Shown here in pieces: positions 8,904-18,263 of a stretch of DNA of 41,282 nt. Numbering within the stretch: the stretch's first letter is position 1; each line of letters starts with the position of its first letter. The position numbers were made by a program, and so were the translations under genes. The notes beneath the pieces are model-generated. The model did not search any database and had not been told where the DNA came from. It worked only from the letters and a program-made list of their open reading frames with translations. The stretch lies in NCBI GenBank assembly GCA_017457385.1, contig JAFTHO010000045.1:1-41282 (forward strand), written 5' to 3'. The DNA comes from Clostridia bacterium (GTDB taxonomy: Bacteria; Bacillota; Clostridia; Christensenellales; CAG-314).

Positions 8904-9659
8904 TCACATGGTCACACAAGACAGCAAAAATGGCAATACCATATATGGGGCAAATTTTGCAAACTCGCCTTTTTGAGATATTTTTTTGAGCAAGCCAAGT
9001 GACAAAAAACCAAAAACAAAACTTGTGACAACACCCACCGCAACGGCAGGGATATCCACAGTTGCGTTTGTGCTCAAAACGTCTGGCAGGGTCAAAACTA
9101 TACTGCCCAGAATTACAGGTATGCTCATAAGAAAAGACAACTCGGTTGCGCTGTCGTTTTTTGTTCCACACCACTTTAGCAGGCATATTGTTGCGCCACT
9201 GCGTGACAACCCGGGCAACACGGCAATGCCTTGCACCACACCGCACAGCAATGCAGTTTTGTATTTTGTGGTCAGCAAATTGTGTTTTTGTTTTGTGGCA
9301 AACTGACTTGTGCACAACAAACCAAAAGTGAGTGCAAAACCAACGGGCAACAAAAGCCCATCCAAAAGGGATGGCAAAAAAAGTTTGGCAAGCAACCCGA
9401 TGGCAACTGTGGGTATGGTTGCAAGGTATACAAGTTTTGCTTTTTTGCAAAAGGGGTGAGTTAGCAACTGCCACACCTGTTTTTTATAAAACAACAAAAC
9501 TGCCACCAGAGTGCCAAAATGCAAAGATACGTTCAAAAACAAATCCGGCGACAAACCAAACAGTTTTTGCACCAAAATCAAATGCCCACTGCTTGATACA
9601 GGCAAAAACTCTGTCAAACCTTGCACAACACCAAGCACAAAACTGCAAAAAACTGACAT
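8904..9659 (-). CDS. uppP: Undecaprenyl-diphosphate phosphatase
   Basis: QGLTEFLPVSSSGHL and PGLSRSGAT motifs. Confidence 0.93.
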   Translation of the reverse strand: MSVFCSFVLGVVQGLTEFLPVSSSGHLILVQKLFGLSPDLFLNVSLHFGTLVAVLLFYKKQVWQLLTHPFCKKAKLVYLATIPTVAIGLLAKLFLPSLLDGLLLPVGFALTFGLLCTSQFATKQKHNLLTTKYKTALLCGVVQGIAVLPGLSRSGATICLLKWCGTKNDSATELSFLMSIPVILGSIVLTLPDVLSTNATVDIPAVAVGVVTSFVFGFLSLGLLKKISQKGEFAKFAPYMVLPFLLSCVTM

Positions 9660-9802
9660 ATACCACCCTAACAAATAGTCAAAACAAATTTTTTTTGATA
9701 TAATAAATCTATATATGGTCAATTTTTGCCTTTTTTGCAAAAACAAAACCATATTAAATTATATTAGTTAAAACAAAACAAAATGTTTTTTGGGAGAGAA
9801 AT

Positions 9803-10900
9803 ATGAAACTTGGCGTAGTAGGTTTGCCAAACGTTGGCAAAAGTACACTTTTTAATGCAATCACACACGCAGGGGCAGAAAGCGCAAACTATCCGTTTTG
9901 CACAATCGAGCCAAACGTTGGCATCGTTGACGTGCCGGACGAAAGACTTGACAAACTTGCGGCACTTTACAACAGCAAAAAAATCACTCACACTTTTTTA
10001 AAGTTTGTTGACATTGCCGGTCTTGTAAAGGGTGCATCAAAAGGCGAAGGTCTTGGCAACAAGTTTTTGAGCCATATCCGTGAGGTTGACGCTATCGTGC
10101 ACGTTGTTCGTTGTTTTGAAGACAGCAACATCACTCACGTAGAGCAATCTGTTGACCCGGTGAGAGATATGGAAATCATCAATCTCGAACTTATCCTTGC
10201 CGACCTCGAAAGCGTCACAAAATATCTCGACAAAGCAAAAAACATGCAAAAAACAGGTGACAAAAAATACAAAATCGAGGCAGAAATTTTGCAACGTCTG
10301 CTTTCTGCACTCGAACAAGGTTTGCCTGTGCGCTCAGTAGAGCTTGACGAAGAAGAAAAAGCATACGTAGACGGATTGTTTCTCATCACAGACAAACCTG
10401 TCATCTATGCCGCAAACATTGCCGAAAGCGATCTTGCCACAGACGAAGACAGTTTGCCACTTGTTGCAAAACTCAAAGAACAAGCCGCTAAAGAAAATGC
10501 AGAAGTTTTGGTAATCTGCGCCAAGGTAGAAGAAGACTTGTCTATGATGGAGGATGACGACCGTGCAATTTTTTACGAAGAGTTTGGCATTAAAGAGTCT
10601 GGCCTCAACCGTCTTGTAAAAAAATGCTACACTTTGCTTGGTCTCATTTCTTATCTCACTGCAGGCGAGCCAGAAACACGTGCATGGACAATTGCAAACG
10701 GCACAAAAGCACCACTGGCAGCAGGCAAAATCCACAGCGATTTTGAGAAAGGCTTTATCAGGGCAGAGGTAGTGCCATATGAAGTTTTGCTTGAATGTGG
10801 AAATTACAACAATGCAAAAGCAGAGGGCAAGGTGCGCAGCGAAGGTAAAGATTACGTTATGAAAGACGGCGACGTCGTCTTGTTCCGCTTTAACGTATAA
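9803..10900 (+). CDS. ychF: Redox-regulated ATPase YchF
   Basis: [39 protein letters not shown] and C-terminal FRFNV. Confidence 0.97.
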   Translation: MKLGVVGLPNVGKSTLFNAITHAGAESANYPFCTIEPNVGIVDVPDERLDKLAALYNSKKITHTFLKFVDIAGLVKGASKGEGLGNKFLSHIREVDAIVHVVRCFEDSNITHVEQSVDPVRDMEIINLELILADLESVTKYLDKAKNMQKTGDKKYKIEAEILQRLLSALEQGLPVRSVELDEEEKAYVDGLFLITDKPVIYAANIAESDLATDEDSLPLVAKLKEQAAKENAEVLVICAKVEEDLSMMEDDDRAIFYEEFGIKESGLNRLVKKCYTLLGLISYLTAGEPETRAWTIANGTKAPLAAGKIHSDFEKGFIRAEVVPYEVLLECGNYNNAKAEGKVRSEGKDYVMKDGDVVLFRFNV

Positions 10901-10998
10901 TAATCAAAAAAACACAGCCATACATGGCTTTGTTTTTTGAAAAATAAAATTGCGCAAAACAAACTTGCATACACAATTATCCAAAGAAAAGAAGAGTT

Positions 10999-11523
10999 AT
11001 GTTAGAAATCAGAAAAGCAAAAACAGAAGAGATCCAAAGAGTTGTCAATTATTATCACAACGTTATCGACGCTATGGAAGGCTCGATGTACAACCCTTGC
11101 TGGAAAAAGAACATTTATCCAAGTGATGCCTATATCGAAAAAGCAATCATCGACCAAAACATGTTTTTGGGTTTTGACGATGGTCGCATTGCAACTGCAA
11201 TGATGCTTGACAACAAGGCAAACCCGGGCTACGTTGACGTCGACTGGCAAAGAGAGTTTCCTCAGCACGAAATTATGGTGGTGCACATTTTTGGCGTGCA
11301 TCCATATTTTACGGGCAAAGGTTATGCAAAAAAAATGCTGGCAAGGGCTATCGAATATGCCAAAGAAAAAAATCAAAAAGCATTGCGTCTTGACGTTTTG
11401 AGTGGCAGTGTGCCTGCAAAAAGACTTTACGAAAAAATGGGCTTTAAAGAAGTGCAGACAATAGACATGTTTTACGAAGATACAGGCTGGACAAAATTTG
11501 ACCTGTATGAATATCTTTTGTGA
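10999..11523 (+). CDS. GNAT family N-acetyltransferase
   Basis: VHPYFTGKGYA motif A and A.RLYEKMGF motif B. Confidence 0.88.
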   Translation: MLEIRKAKTEEIQRVVNYYHNVIDAMEGSMYNPCWKKNIYPSDAYIEKAIIDQNMFLGFDDGRIATAMMLDNKANPGYVDVDWQREFPQHEIMVVHIFGVHPYFTGKGYAKKMLARAIEYAKEKNQKALRLDVLSGSVPAKRLYEKMGFKEVQTIDMFYEDTGWTKFDLYEYLL

Positions 11524-11553
11524 TTGATTTTTAACTTTTTTATACATAAAACC

Positions 11554-11580
11554 AAAGCACGGCAAAAGCCGTGCTTTTTT
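11554..11580 (+). terminator. Terminator hairpin, copy 1 of an identical 27-bp repeat
   Basis: AAAGCACGGCAAAAGCCGTGCTTTTTT. Confidence 0.85.
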
Positions 11581-11637
11581 GTGTTGAAAACACACGCAAA
11601 CAGTGATAATATATAAAAAAACGATATAGGTGTTGAT

Positions 11638-12141
11638 ATGAAAAAAGTTTTGATTGTAATTGATATGCAAAATGATTTTATAACAGGTGCACTTGCAAAC
11701 AAAGATGCACTTGCCATTGTAGAATCCGTTGCGCAAATGGTGGCAAATTTTGATGGCGACGTTATTGCCACGAGAGATACTCATGGGGCAGATTATCTCA
11801 ACACGACAGAAGGAAAACTTTTGCCAGTAGAACATTGTATTGCTGGCAGTGACGGTTGGCAAATTGTTGACAAAATAAAAACAGAAATTGACAAAAAGGG
11901 TGGAATAGTGATAGACAAGCCAACTTTTGGATACAAAGACTGGCAACTTGACGGCTATGACGTTGCAGAAATAGTCGGCACTTGCACAGATATTTGTGTT
12001 GTCAGCAATGCACTTATTTTAAAGGCACTTTATCCGGATATGCAAGTGGTGGTGCACGGAAGTTTGTGTGCTGGGCTTACTCCACAAAAACATGCACATG
12101 CACTTGACGTAATGGCAAGTTGTCAATGCAAAGTGATTTAA
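11638..12141 (+). CDS. pncA: Cysteine hydrolase, nicotinamidase/isochorismatase family
   Basis: IDMQNDF, TRDTH, PVEHC..GS.GW, DKPTF and GTCTDICV. Confidence 0.8.
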   Translation: MKKVLIVIDMQNDFITGALANKDALAIVESVAQMVANFDGDVIATRDTHGADYLNTTEGKLLPVEHCIAGSDGWQIVDKIKTEIDKKGGIVIDKPTFGYKDWQLDGYDVAEIVGTCTDICVVSNALILKALYPDMQVVVHGSLCAGLTPQKHAHALDVMASCQCKVI

Positions 12142-12268
12142 AACAAAAAACCAATCGCTAAAAGGTATTTTTTAAGTTTGTTTTGTTGCGATTGGTTTAA
12201 ATTAGTGTTAAAATTTTTGGGCATAGTTTAAAATTACCCTGCTTTTTGCAGGTTTTTGGAGAAATATT

Positions 12269-13672
12269 ATGGAAAGAGAAAAACTTGGCAGTCGTCTTGG
12301 CTTTATTTTGCTCAGTGCCGGCTGTGCAATTGGTGTTGGCAACGTGTGGAAGTTCCCATGGATGGTTGGCCAATACGGTGGTGGTATATTTGTTCTTATT
12401 TATTTGTTCTTTCTTGTCGCTATGGGCATTCCTGTAATGACAATGGAGTTTTCGCTTGGTCGTGCAAGTCAAAAAAGCCCTGTCAAACTTTATGACGCAC
12501 TTGCTCCAAAAAACAGCAAATGGAAGTTGCACGGTTGGGCAGCGCTTGTGGGCAACGTTGTGCTCATGATGTTTTACACAGTTGTTACAGGCTGGCTTTT
12601 GCAATATTTTGTAAAAATGATAAAAGGCGACTTTAAAGGTCTTGACAGTGCTGGCGTAAGTGGTGAGTTTGGCAATATGGTCAGCGACCCTGGCATGATG
12701 ACTTTGTTTGTTGCTATCGTTGTTGTGGTTGGCTTTTTGGTGCTTTCTTTCGGCGTTAAAAACGGTTTGGAAAAAGTAACAAAGGTAATGATGCTTGCTT
12801 TGCTTGCAATTATGGTGGTGCTTGCCTTTAACGGATTTTTCCTTGACGGTGCGGCAGAAGGCCTCAAATTTTATCTCATACCAAACTTTGACACAATGGC
12901 AGATGCCGGTATAAATATTTTTCAGGTTATAACTGCTGCAATGAGTCAGGCATTTTTTACTTTGTCACTTGGCATTGGCTCTATGGCTATTTTTGGCAGT
13001 TATCTTGGCAAAGACAGATCACTCATGGGCGAATCTGTAAACGTTGCTATTTTGGATACTTGCGTTGCTTTGGTTGCAGGCCTTATTATCTTCCCTGCAT
13101 GCTTTACTTACAACAACGGCAACGTAAACGCAGGCCCTGCACTTATTTTCGAAACTTTGCCAAACGTGTTCAACCATATGCCACTTGGTCAGTTGTGGGG
13201 CAGTTTGTTCTTTTTGTTCCTTTCTTTTGCGGCACTTTCTACAATCTTTGCCGTGTTTGAAAACATCCTTGCATGTATACAGGACATTACAAACTGGTCA
13301 CGCAAAAAAATCTGCATAGTTGCAGGTATAGGTTTGTTTGTGTTGTCAATCCCATGTGTGCTTGGCTTTAACCTGTGGGCTGGTTTTGAACCTTTTGCCT
13401 TTGTAAAACCTGGCACAAACATTATGGATCTTGAAGACTTTATCGTGTCAACTTTGTTGTTGCCAATTGGCTCGCTCATTTTTGTGTTGTTCTGCACAAG
13501 CAAAAAAGGCTGGGGATGGGACAACTTTGTGGCAGAGGCAAACACAGGCAAAGGTTTTAAAGTAAAACCTTGGATGAAAACTTATATGAAATACGTTTTG
13601 CCAGTGCTTTTATCAATCTTTATCGTCATCAGCATAGTCACTTTCTTCTGGCCAAACATTTTTGCATTTTAA
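12269..13672 (+). CDS. Sodium-dependent transporter (NSS/SNF family)
   Basis: GCAIGVGNVWKFP and QAFFTLSLG motifs; multiple TM segments. Confidence 0.93.
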   Translation: MEREKLGSRLGFILLSAGCAIGVGNVWKFPWMVGQYGGGIFVLIYLFFLVAMGIPVMTMEFSLGRASQKSPVKLYDALAPKNSKWKLHGWAALVGNVVLMMFYTVVTGWLLQYFVKMIKGDFKGLDSAGVSGEFGNMVSDPGMMTLFVAIVVVVGFLVLSFGVKNGLEKVTKVMMLALLAIMVVLAFNGFFLDGAAEGLKFYLIPNFDTMADAGINIFQVITAAMSQAFFTLSLGIGSMAIFGSYLGKDRSLMGESVNVAILDTCVALVAGLIIFPACFTYNNGNVNAGPALIFETLPNVFNHMPLGQLWGSLFFLFLSFAALSTIFAVFENILACIQDITNWSRKKICIVAGIGLFVLSIPCVLGFNLWAGFEPFAFVKPGTNIMDLEDFIVSTLLLPIGSLIFVLFCTSKKGWGWDNFVAEANTGKGFKVKPWMKTYMKYVLPVLLSIFIVISIVTFFWPNIFAF

Positions 13673-13683
13673 TATAACAAATT

Positions 13684-13710
13684 AAAGAGTGTCTTTCGAC
13701 ACTCTTTTTT
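13684..13710 (+). terminator. Intrinsic terminator
   Basis: AAAGAGTGTC-tttc-GACACTCTTTTTT. Confidence 0.85.
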
Positions 13711-13723
13711 GTTGCCTTTTGTG

Positions 13724-13752
13724 TTGCAAAAAAGCGTATATGGTGCTAAAAT
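13724..13752 (+). promoter_or_regulatory. Sigma-A-type promoter of the riboswitch leader
   Basis: TTGCAA-17 bp-TAAAAT with extended -10 TG. Confidence 0.6.
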
Positions 13753-13773
13753 TTTGTCAAACAAAACAGTGCA

Positions 13774-13951
13774 TAAAGAAGACGCACCTTTTGAGTGCGT
13801 GACTCAACTGCGGTTGAGCCCAGGGAATGCAGTGCAAATCTGCAACAGCCCCCGCTACTGTATGTGGCTACGTGTTTTTATATCCATTGCCCCTTTGGGG
13901 TGAGAAGGCAAAAACGTCGGCTATGCCACAAAGTCAGGAGACCTTTCTTTA
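13774..13951 (+). ncRNA. Cobalamin (AdoCbl) riboswitch
   Basis: GGGAATGCAGTGCAAATCTGCAACAGCCCCCGCTACTGTA core and AGTCAGGAGACC B12 box. P1 is TAAAGAAG/CTTTCTTTA. Probable attenuator hairpin at 13999-14029. Confidence 0.92.
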
Positions 13952-14068
13952 AACAATGCACAAAGATACTATCTTCGGAGGGAAGAGGGTGCTTTTTTGA
14001 TGGACGTATGCGTGGTAGTCCGTCTTTTTGCAACTGCTCTTTCGGGCAGTTTTTTTGTTTATCCGTTT

Positions 14069-14151
14069 AAAGGCTCCAGTTGCGTTTTGCTAAAGCAAAT
14101 TCGCAATATTGCGAAGGAGGGAGCTGTCGCGCAAGCGACTGAGGGAGTCGA
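14069..14151 (+). repeat. Solo arm of the DUF559-associated repeat family
   Basis: AAAGGCTCC...GGGAGCTGTCGC-gcaa-GCGACTGAGGGAGTCGA matches the left arm of cassette 2. Its 3' end matches the left arm of cassette 1. Confidence 0.85.
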
Positions 14152-14212
14152 TATGACTCAAAAATTTTGTTTTATGCCCGAAACAACCTCTCCATATTTT
14201 GGAGGAAATTTT

Positions 14213-14689
14213 ATGAAAACTTTTACAAAAAAACTTTTGGCACTTTTGCTTGTTGTCTTGTCTGTGTTTGCTTTTGCAGGTTGTGGCGACAGCTATGCAC
14301 TCAAAGGAGATGCAACTGTGATTATTCATGGCGAAACAGACGTGGTATACGAGGTTGACCTTGACGAAGCAGAGTTTACAACGCAAAACACCGTGCTCGA
14401 TTTGCTTGCTTATCTGTGTGAGCAAGACGACCTTGCTTTCAGTGCGGGTGCAAACGGCTCTGCAGAGTGGGGTTACAGTGCTTTTATCAACAGCATTGGC
14501 GACCTCGTCCCAGGTGGCAACCAGTACGTAGCGTTTTTTCACAACAAACAAAGCGACAAAGATGTGTCTGCCTATGCATTGCCAGACAGACAATATGGCG
14601 ACACAACTTTGTATTACAGCGGACTTGGCGTTGGCAGTGTAAAACTTGTTGATGACCTTGTGGTATATTTTTGTATAGAAAGTTTTTGA
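14213..14689 (+). CDS. Lipoprotein, putative cobalamin-binding (transcobalamin C-terminal/DUF4430-like)
   Basis: GGAGG SD, lipobox FAG-C, 'TVLDLL' and 'FINSIG' segments. First gene behind a B12 riboswitch. Confidence 0.65.
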   Translation: MKTFTKKLLALLLVVLSVFAFAGCGDSYALKGDATVIIHGETDVVYEVDLDEAEFTTQNTVLDLLAYLCEQDDLAFSAGANGSAEWGYSAFINSIGDLVPGGNQYVAFFHNKQSDKDVSAYALPDRQYGDTTLYYSGLGVGSVKLVDDLVVYFCIESF

Positions 14690-14690
14690 T

Positions 14691-15212
14691 ATGAAGTCAG
14701 CAAAAGGCATAGCAACAATTGCCATTATGGCGGCAACAATGTCTGGTGGCAAACTTGCAATGAGCGTGTTGCCAAATATCGAGCCGGTCACAATTTTGAT
14801 TGCAGTGTATGCAAGTGTTTTTGGTTTTGCATACGTTTTGCCTGCGTCGGTGGTTTTTGTGGTGCTTGACGTGTTGGTATATGGCCTCAACACGTGGGTG
14901 ATATCTTATCTGATATACTGGCCGTTGGTTGCACTTGTTTTTGCAACGCTAAACGTCAGACAAAGGGGTCTTGTGGCAAACCTTGTCACGGCAGTTTTGC
15001 TCACTTTGTTTTTTGGTGTGCTGACAAGTCTGGTAGACGTTGGCTTGTTTTTGGGTGCATTTGACAACTTTTGGCAAAGGTTTGGCGTCATGTATGCACG
15101 TGGCATTCCGTTTTTTGTCACACACGTTGTGTCTAACTTTGCCATATTTTTGCTTTGCTACAACCCGCTGTGCAAAGCGCTGGGCAAGGTTAGAAAGGTG
15201 GTTTTAGATTAA
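14691..15212 (+). CDS. ECF transporter S component, cobalamin (CbrT-like)
   Basis: LPNIEPVT, WVISYL..W and 'G.PF..THVVSN' motifs; six hydrophobic helices; riboswitch context. Confidence 0.8.
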   Translation: MKSAKGIATIAIMAATMSGGKLAMSVLPNIEPVTILIAVYASVFGFAYVLPASVVFVVLDVLVYGLNTWVISYLIYWPLVALVFATLNVRQRGLVANLVTAVLLTLFFGVLTSLVDVGLFLGAFDNFWQRFGVMYARGIPFFVTHVVSNFAIFLLCYNPLCKALGKVRKVVLD

Positions 15213-15430
15213 AAGAAAAGTTTGTTGCTTTTGCAACAGGTCAGAGCTATAACGTGATTGATTTTTGTTGATACAAATTAAAAAAGCCTTCCTCTTAAAA
15301 AAGGATAAGGCTTTTTTTGTTGCATATTGACATTGGTTTTTATATTTTATAAAATAATTAAAAACAATCCTGATATTTGCGACAATTTTTGTTGGGCAAA
15401 TTAATACCGTGTTATTAAGGAGGGGGATAA

Positions 15431-16348
15431 ATGAAAAATAAAATAAAATCATTGTTGATACTGTTGCTTTCGTTTATTTGTATTTTTGCATTTTGTGCCT
15501 GCAACAATGACCCACCGCCTGACAACGATGGAGGGTCAGACTCTGGCACACAAAGTGGTACTTCGTCTGAAAGTGGTTCTGCATCAGGCAGTGGTTCATC
15601 ATCAGGCAGTGGTTCTGCATCAGGCAGTGGTGCGTCATCAGGTGGTGGTACGTCGTCTGATAGCACACAAGGTGGTACGGTTGTACCAAATTTCTCTGAT
15701 TTTGATTATACAATAACAGACGGCAAGGTGACTATTACTCAATATATAAGGACAAAAACAGTTGTTGAAATTCCTGCAACGATTGAAAACAAACCAGTTG
15801 TTGCCATTGGTGAAGACGCATTTGAAAACAAAGACCACGTGACAAACGTGACTATTGCAAACAGTATAACAACAATCGGAAAAAGTGCATTTGAGGATTG
15901 CGATAACTTGACGTCAGTTGTTTTTGCAAATGGCAGTCAACTTGAAACTATTGGCGAATATGCTTTTTATAACTGCAAAAAACTTGCAGACTTAACGTTG
16001 CAATCAGGTCTTAAAACAATAGGTAGAAGTGCTTTTTCATATTGTGCTTTTGATACAATGACATTGCCAAATGGTGTCGAAATTATTAATGCCTTTGCTT
16101 TTTCTGACTGTAGCAAACTTGAATATATCGTTATACCTGAAAGTGTTGTGACAATAGATGAGTTTGCTTTTTTCAACAATCCAAATCTTACAATATACTG
16201 TATGGCAACAAGCAAACCTGCATCGTGGGGTGATAGTTGGAATCATACGGCACTTACGTACTGGTATAGCGAAACTCAACCAACAACTGCGGGTAACTAC
16301 TGGCATTATGTCAATGGTGAGCCAACAGTATGGGGAGTTGCAGATTAA
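15431..16348 (+). CDS. BspA-type leucine-rich-repeat lipoprotein
   Basis: Lipobox FCA-C, Ser/Gly linker and repeated 'IG..AF..C..L..V.I' units. Confidence 0.88.
   Translation: MKNKIKSLLILLLSFICIFAFCACNNDPPPDNDGGSDSGTQSGTSSESGSASGSGSSSGSGSASGSGASSGGGTSSDSTQGGTVVPNFSDFDYTITDGKVTITQYIRTKTVVEIPATIENKPVVAIGEDAFENKDHVTNVTIANSITTIGKSAFEDCDNLTSVVFANGSQLETIGEYAFYNCKKLADLTLQSGLKTIGRSAFSYCAFDTMTLPNGVEIINAFAFSDCSKLEYIVIPESVVTIDEFAFFNNPNLTIYCMATSKPASWGDSWNHTALTYWYSETQPTTAGNYWHYVNGEPTVWGVAD
15554..15661 (+). repeat. Six imperfect 18-bp tandem units encoding the Ser/Gly linker
   Basis: AGTGGTTCTGCATCAGGC-like units at 15554, 15572, 15590, 15608, 15626 and 15644. Confidence 0.85.
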
Positions 16349-16370
16349 AACAAAAAAAACAAAAACAAAA

Positions 16371-16395
16371 AAAAGGGACGATTTTTCGTCCCTTT
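16371..16395. terminator. Bidirectional terminator
   Basis: AAAGGGACGA-tttt-TCGTCCCTTT between convergent genes. Confidence 0.75.
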
Positions 16396-16401
16396 AGTTT
16401 T

Positions 16402-17523
16402 TTATAACAAAAACGAAGTTGCAACAAGCACTGCCAAAAAGCCAAAGTTTAGTGCGTGTGCAAGCAAAAGATATCCTTTTGCTTTGCCAGGCTGATAAAG
16501 CGTAAAGTGCTTGAATGTGATGAGGCTGGCAAGTGAAGAAATGAGCGATCCGCAACCGCCAATGTTTACTGCCACAAGCAGGTTTGCATAGTCTGCAGTA
16601 AAGCCAGACAACAAAATTGCACTTGGCACGTTGCTTATCACCTGACAGGACAGCACGCCTGTGAGCAATGTGTTTTTGTCAAGCAGACCTGCAAAAAAGT
16701 CGTTTACCGCAGGGATTCTTGTCAGATTGCCCGAAAACACAAAAAACATGCAAAAGGTGAGCAACAAAACGTAGTCAACGTCAAACACCGCCTGTCTGTC
16801 CATAAAATAAAGCACGGGTATCACAAGCAAACCCGTCCAGTATGGCACCACACGAAAAACAATTATTATTGCATAGGCAAAAAAGGCAAAATAAACAAGT
16901 GCTTTTTTTACGTCAAGTTTTTTGTTTGTTGTTTTGCCACACTCCAGCGGTTCGTTTTTGATGAACATACAGCAAATTACAATCAGCACTATTGATACCA
17001 CGGTTGGCTTCCACATGATTGCAAAAAACTCTGCTGTTGCAATGTCAAACGTGTTGTAAAGATAAAGGTTTTGTGGGTTGCCAAAAGGTGTTATCATGCC
17101 ACCAAGGTTTGCCGCAATCGTCTGCATAATGAATGTAAACGCCATATACTTTTCTTTTTTGGTGGTTGCAAGCACAAAATAGCCAAGTGGCAAAAAGGTC
17201 ACAAGTGCCATGTCGTTTGCAATCAGCATAGAGGCAAAATAGGTGATAAACACAAGTGCCGTTATTGCAGAGCGTGTGGTCTTGAACACCTTTATTATTT
17301 TGTTTGCCAAAATGCGAAAAAAGCTTATGTGCCTGAGGGCAGAAATAACTGCCAGCATTACAAACAGACTGACAAGTGTTTTAAAGTCGAAATAGTCTAT
17401 ATATTGTGCATCAGGCAACACAAAAAAGCATGACAAAATTGCCGCAAAAGTTGCGATAGAAAACACAATGTTCTTTTTTATAAATGCCAAAACAAAGTTT
17501 GGTTTTTTTGCAATATTTTCCAT
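16402..17523 (-). CDS. ArsB/NhaD/CitMHS-type (SLC13-like) anion transporter
   Basis: NDMALVTFLP, AANLGGMITPFGNPQNL and SQ.ISNVP-like motifs. Confidence 0.85.
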   Translation of the reverse strand: MENIAKKPNFVLAFIKKNIVFSIATFAAILSCFFVLPDAQYIDYFDFKTLVSLFVMLAVISALRHISFFRILANKIIKVFKTTRSAITALVFITYFASMLIANDMALVTFLPLGYFVLATTKKEKYMAFTFIMQTIAANLGGMITPFGNPQNLYLYNTFDIATAEFFAIMWKPTVVSIVLIVICCMFIKNEPLECGKTTNKKLDVKKALVYFAFFAYAIIIVFRVVPYWTGLLVIPVLYFMDRQAVFDVDYVLLLTFCMFFVFSGNLTRIPAVNDFFAGLLDKNTLLTGVLSCQVISNVPSAILLSGFTADYANLLVAVNIGGCGSLISSLASLITFKHFTLYQPGKAKGYLLLAHALNFGFLAVLVATSFLL

Positions 17524-17634
17524 ATCAATTTTTCCCCAAAAAGTTATACACCCACGCAGTTTAAATGTCAAACAAAACAACAAAAAAAGACGGAGTTTTT
17601 ACTCCGTCTTTTTGATTTGTTTTTTAGTTTTTAT

Positions 17635-17937
17635 TTATTTTTTTTCTGCAAAAGTCACTTCAACTTCTTTCAGTTCGCCGTCTGGGTCGTCGATTGCAGG
17701 CACGTGTGCTTTGTATACCTTTATTTCGCTGTTTTTGTTGTGCACCAAAATGCATACAACAGGGCCAACGACAAACAAAAGTTGCACCACAAAATGCCAA
17801 ACAACAACAGGCAAGCCTTTGTTTTTGTATTTCAAAAGTCTCATTACACTAATCATTGCAAGTGGATAGTGTATTATCAAAACGGCAATAATGCCAATCA
17901 AAAGTGGTACTTTTTCTGGTGAAATCGCAAGCAACAT
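17635..17937 (-). CDS. Small hypothetical membrane protein
   Basis: GAGGT SD, two hydrophobic helices, acidic tail and a downstream terminator hairpin at 17582-17612. Confidence 0.7.
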   Translation of the reverse strand: MLLAISPEKVPLLIGIIAVLIIHYPLAMISVMRLLKYKNKGLPVVVWHFVVQLLFVVGPVVCILVHNKNSEIKVYKAHVPAIDDPDGELKEVEVTFAEKK

Positions 17938-18010
17938 ATATTTTACCTCAAATTTTATTGTGCCTAAATTATACAGTCAAAAATGATATTTGTAAATAGG
18001 GCACACTTAC

Positions 18011-18232
18011 AAAGTGTGCAAAAGTATGCTTTGAATATGGTTTCTTTGTGAAACAAAGCTTTTATAGTGCTGACAAATTGCAGAGGCACACGAACACGAG
18101 TAAAAGGTTTGTTAACAACACACAGCAAGGGCTGATATGTTGCTATACCACTTCGAGTTAAAGTGTGCAAGAGTTGGCTCTGTATATAGTACCATTGATA
18201 CACAAAACTTTTATGGTGCTGACAAATTGCAG
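18011..18232 (+). repeat. Tandem non-coding repeat (period 149 bp), homologous to 2857-3082 (minus)
   Basis: 18011-18083 and 18160-18232 match at 59/73 positions without gaps. Confidence 0.85.
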
Positions 18233-18263
18233 CGACTCACAAGATGAACACATTATTAAAAAA

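Noticed and set aside
13997-14212. 72-aa N-terminal extension of the lipoprotein ORF
   Set aside because: It runs through the attenuator and the solo repeat. The real start is ATG 14213, with GGAGG and a signal peptide.
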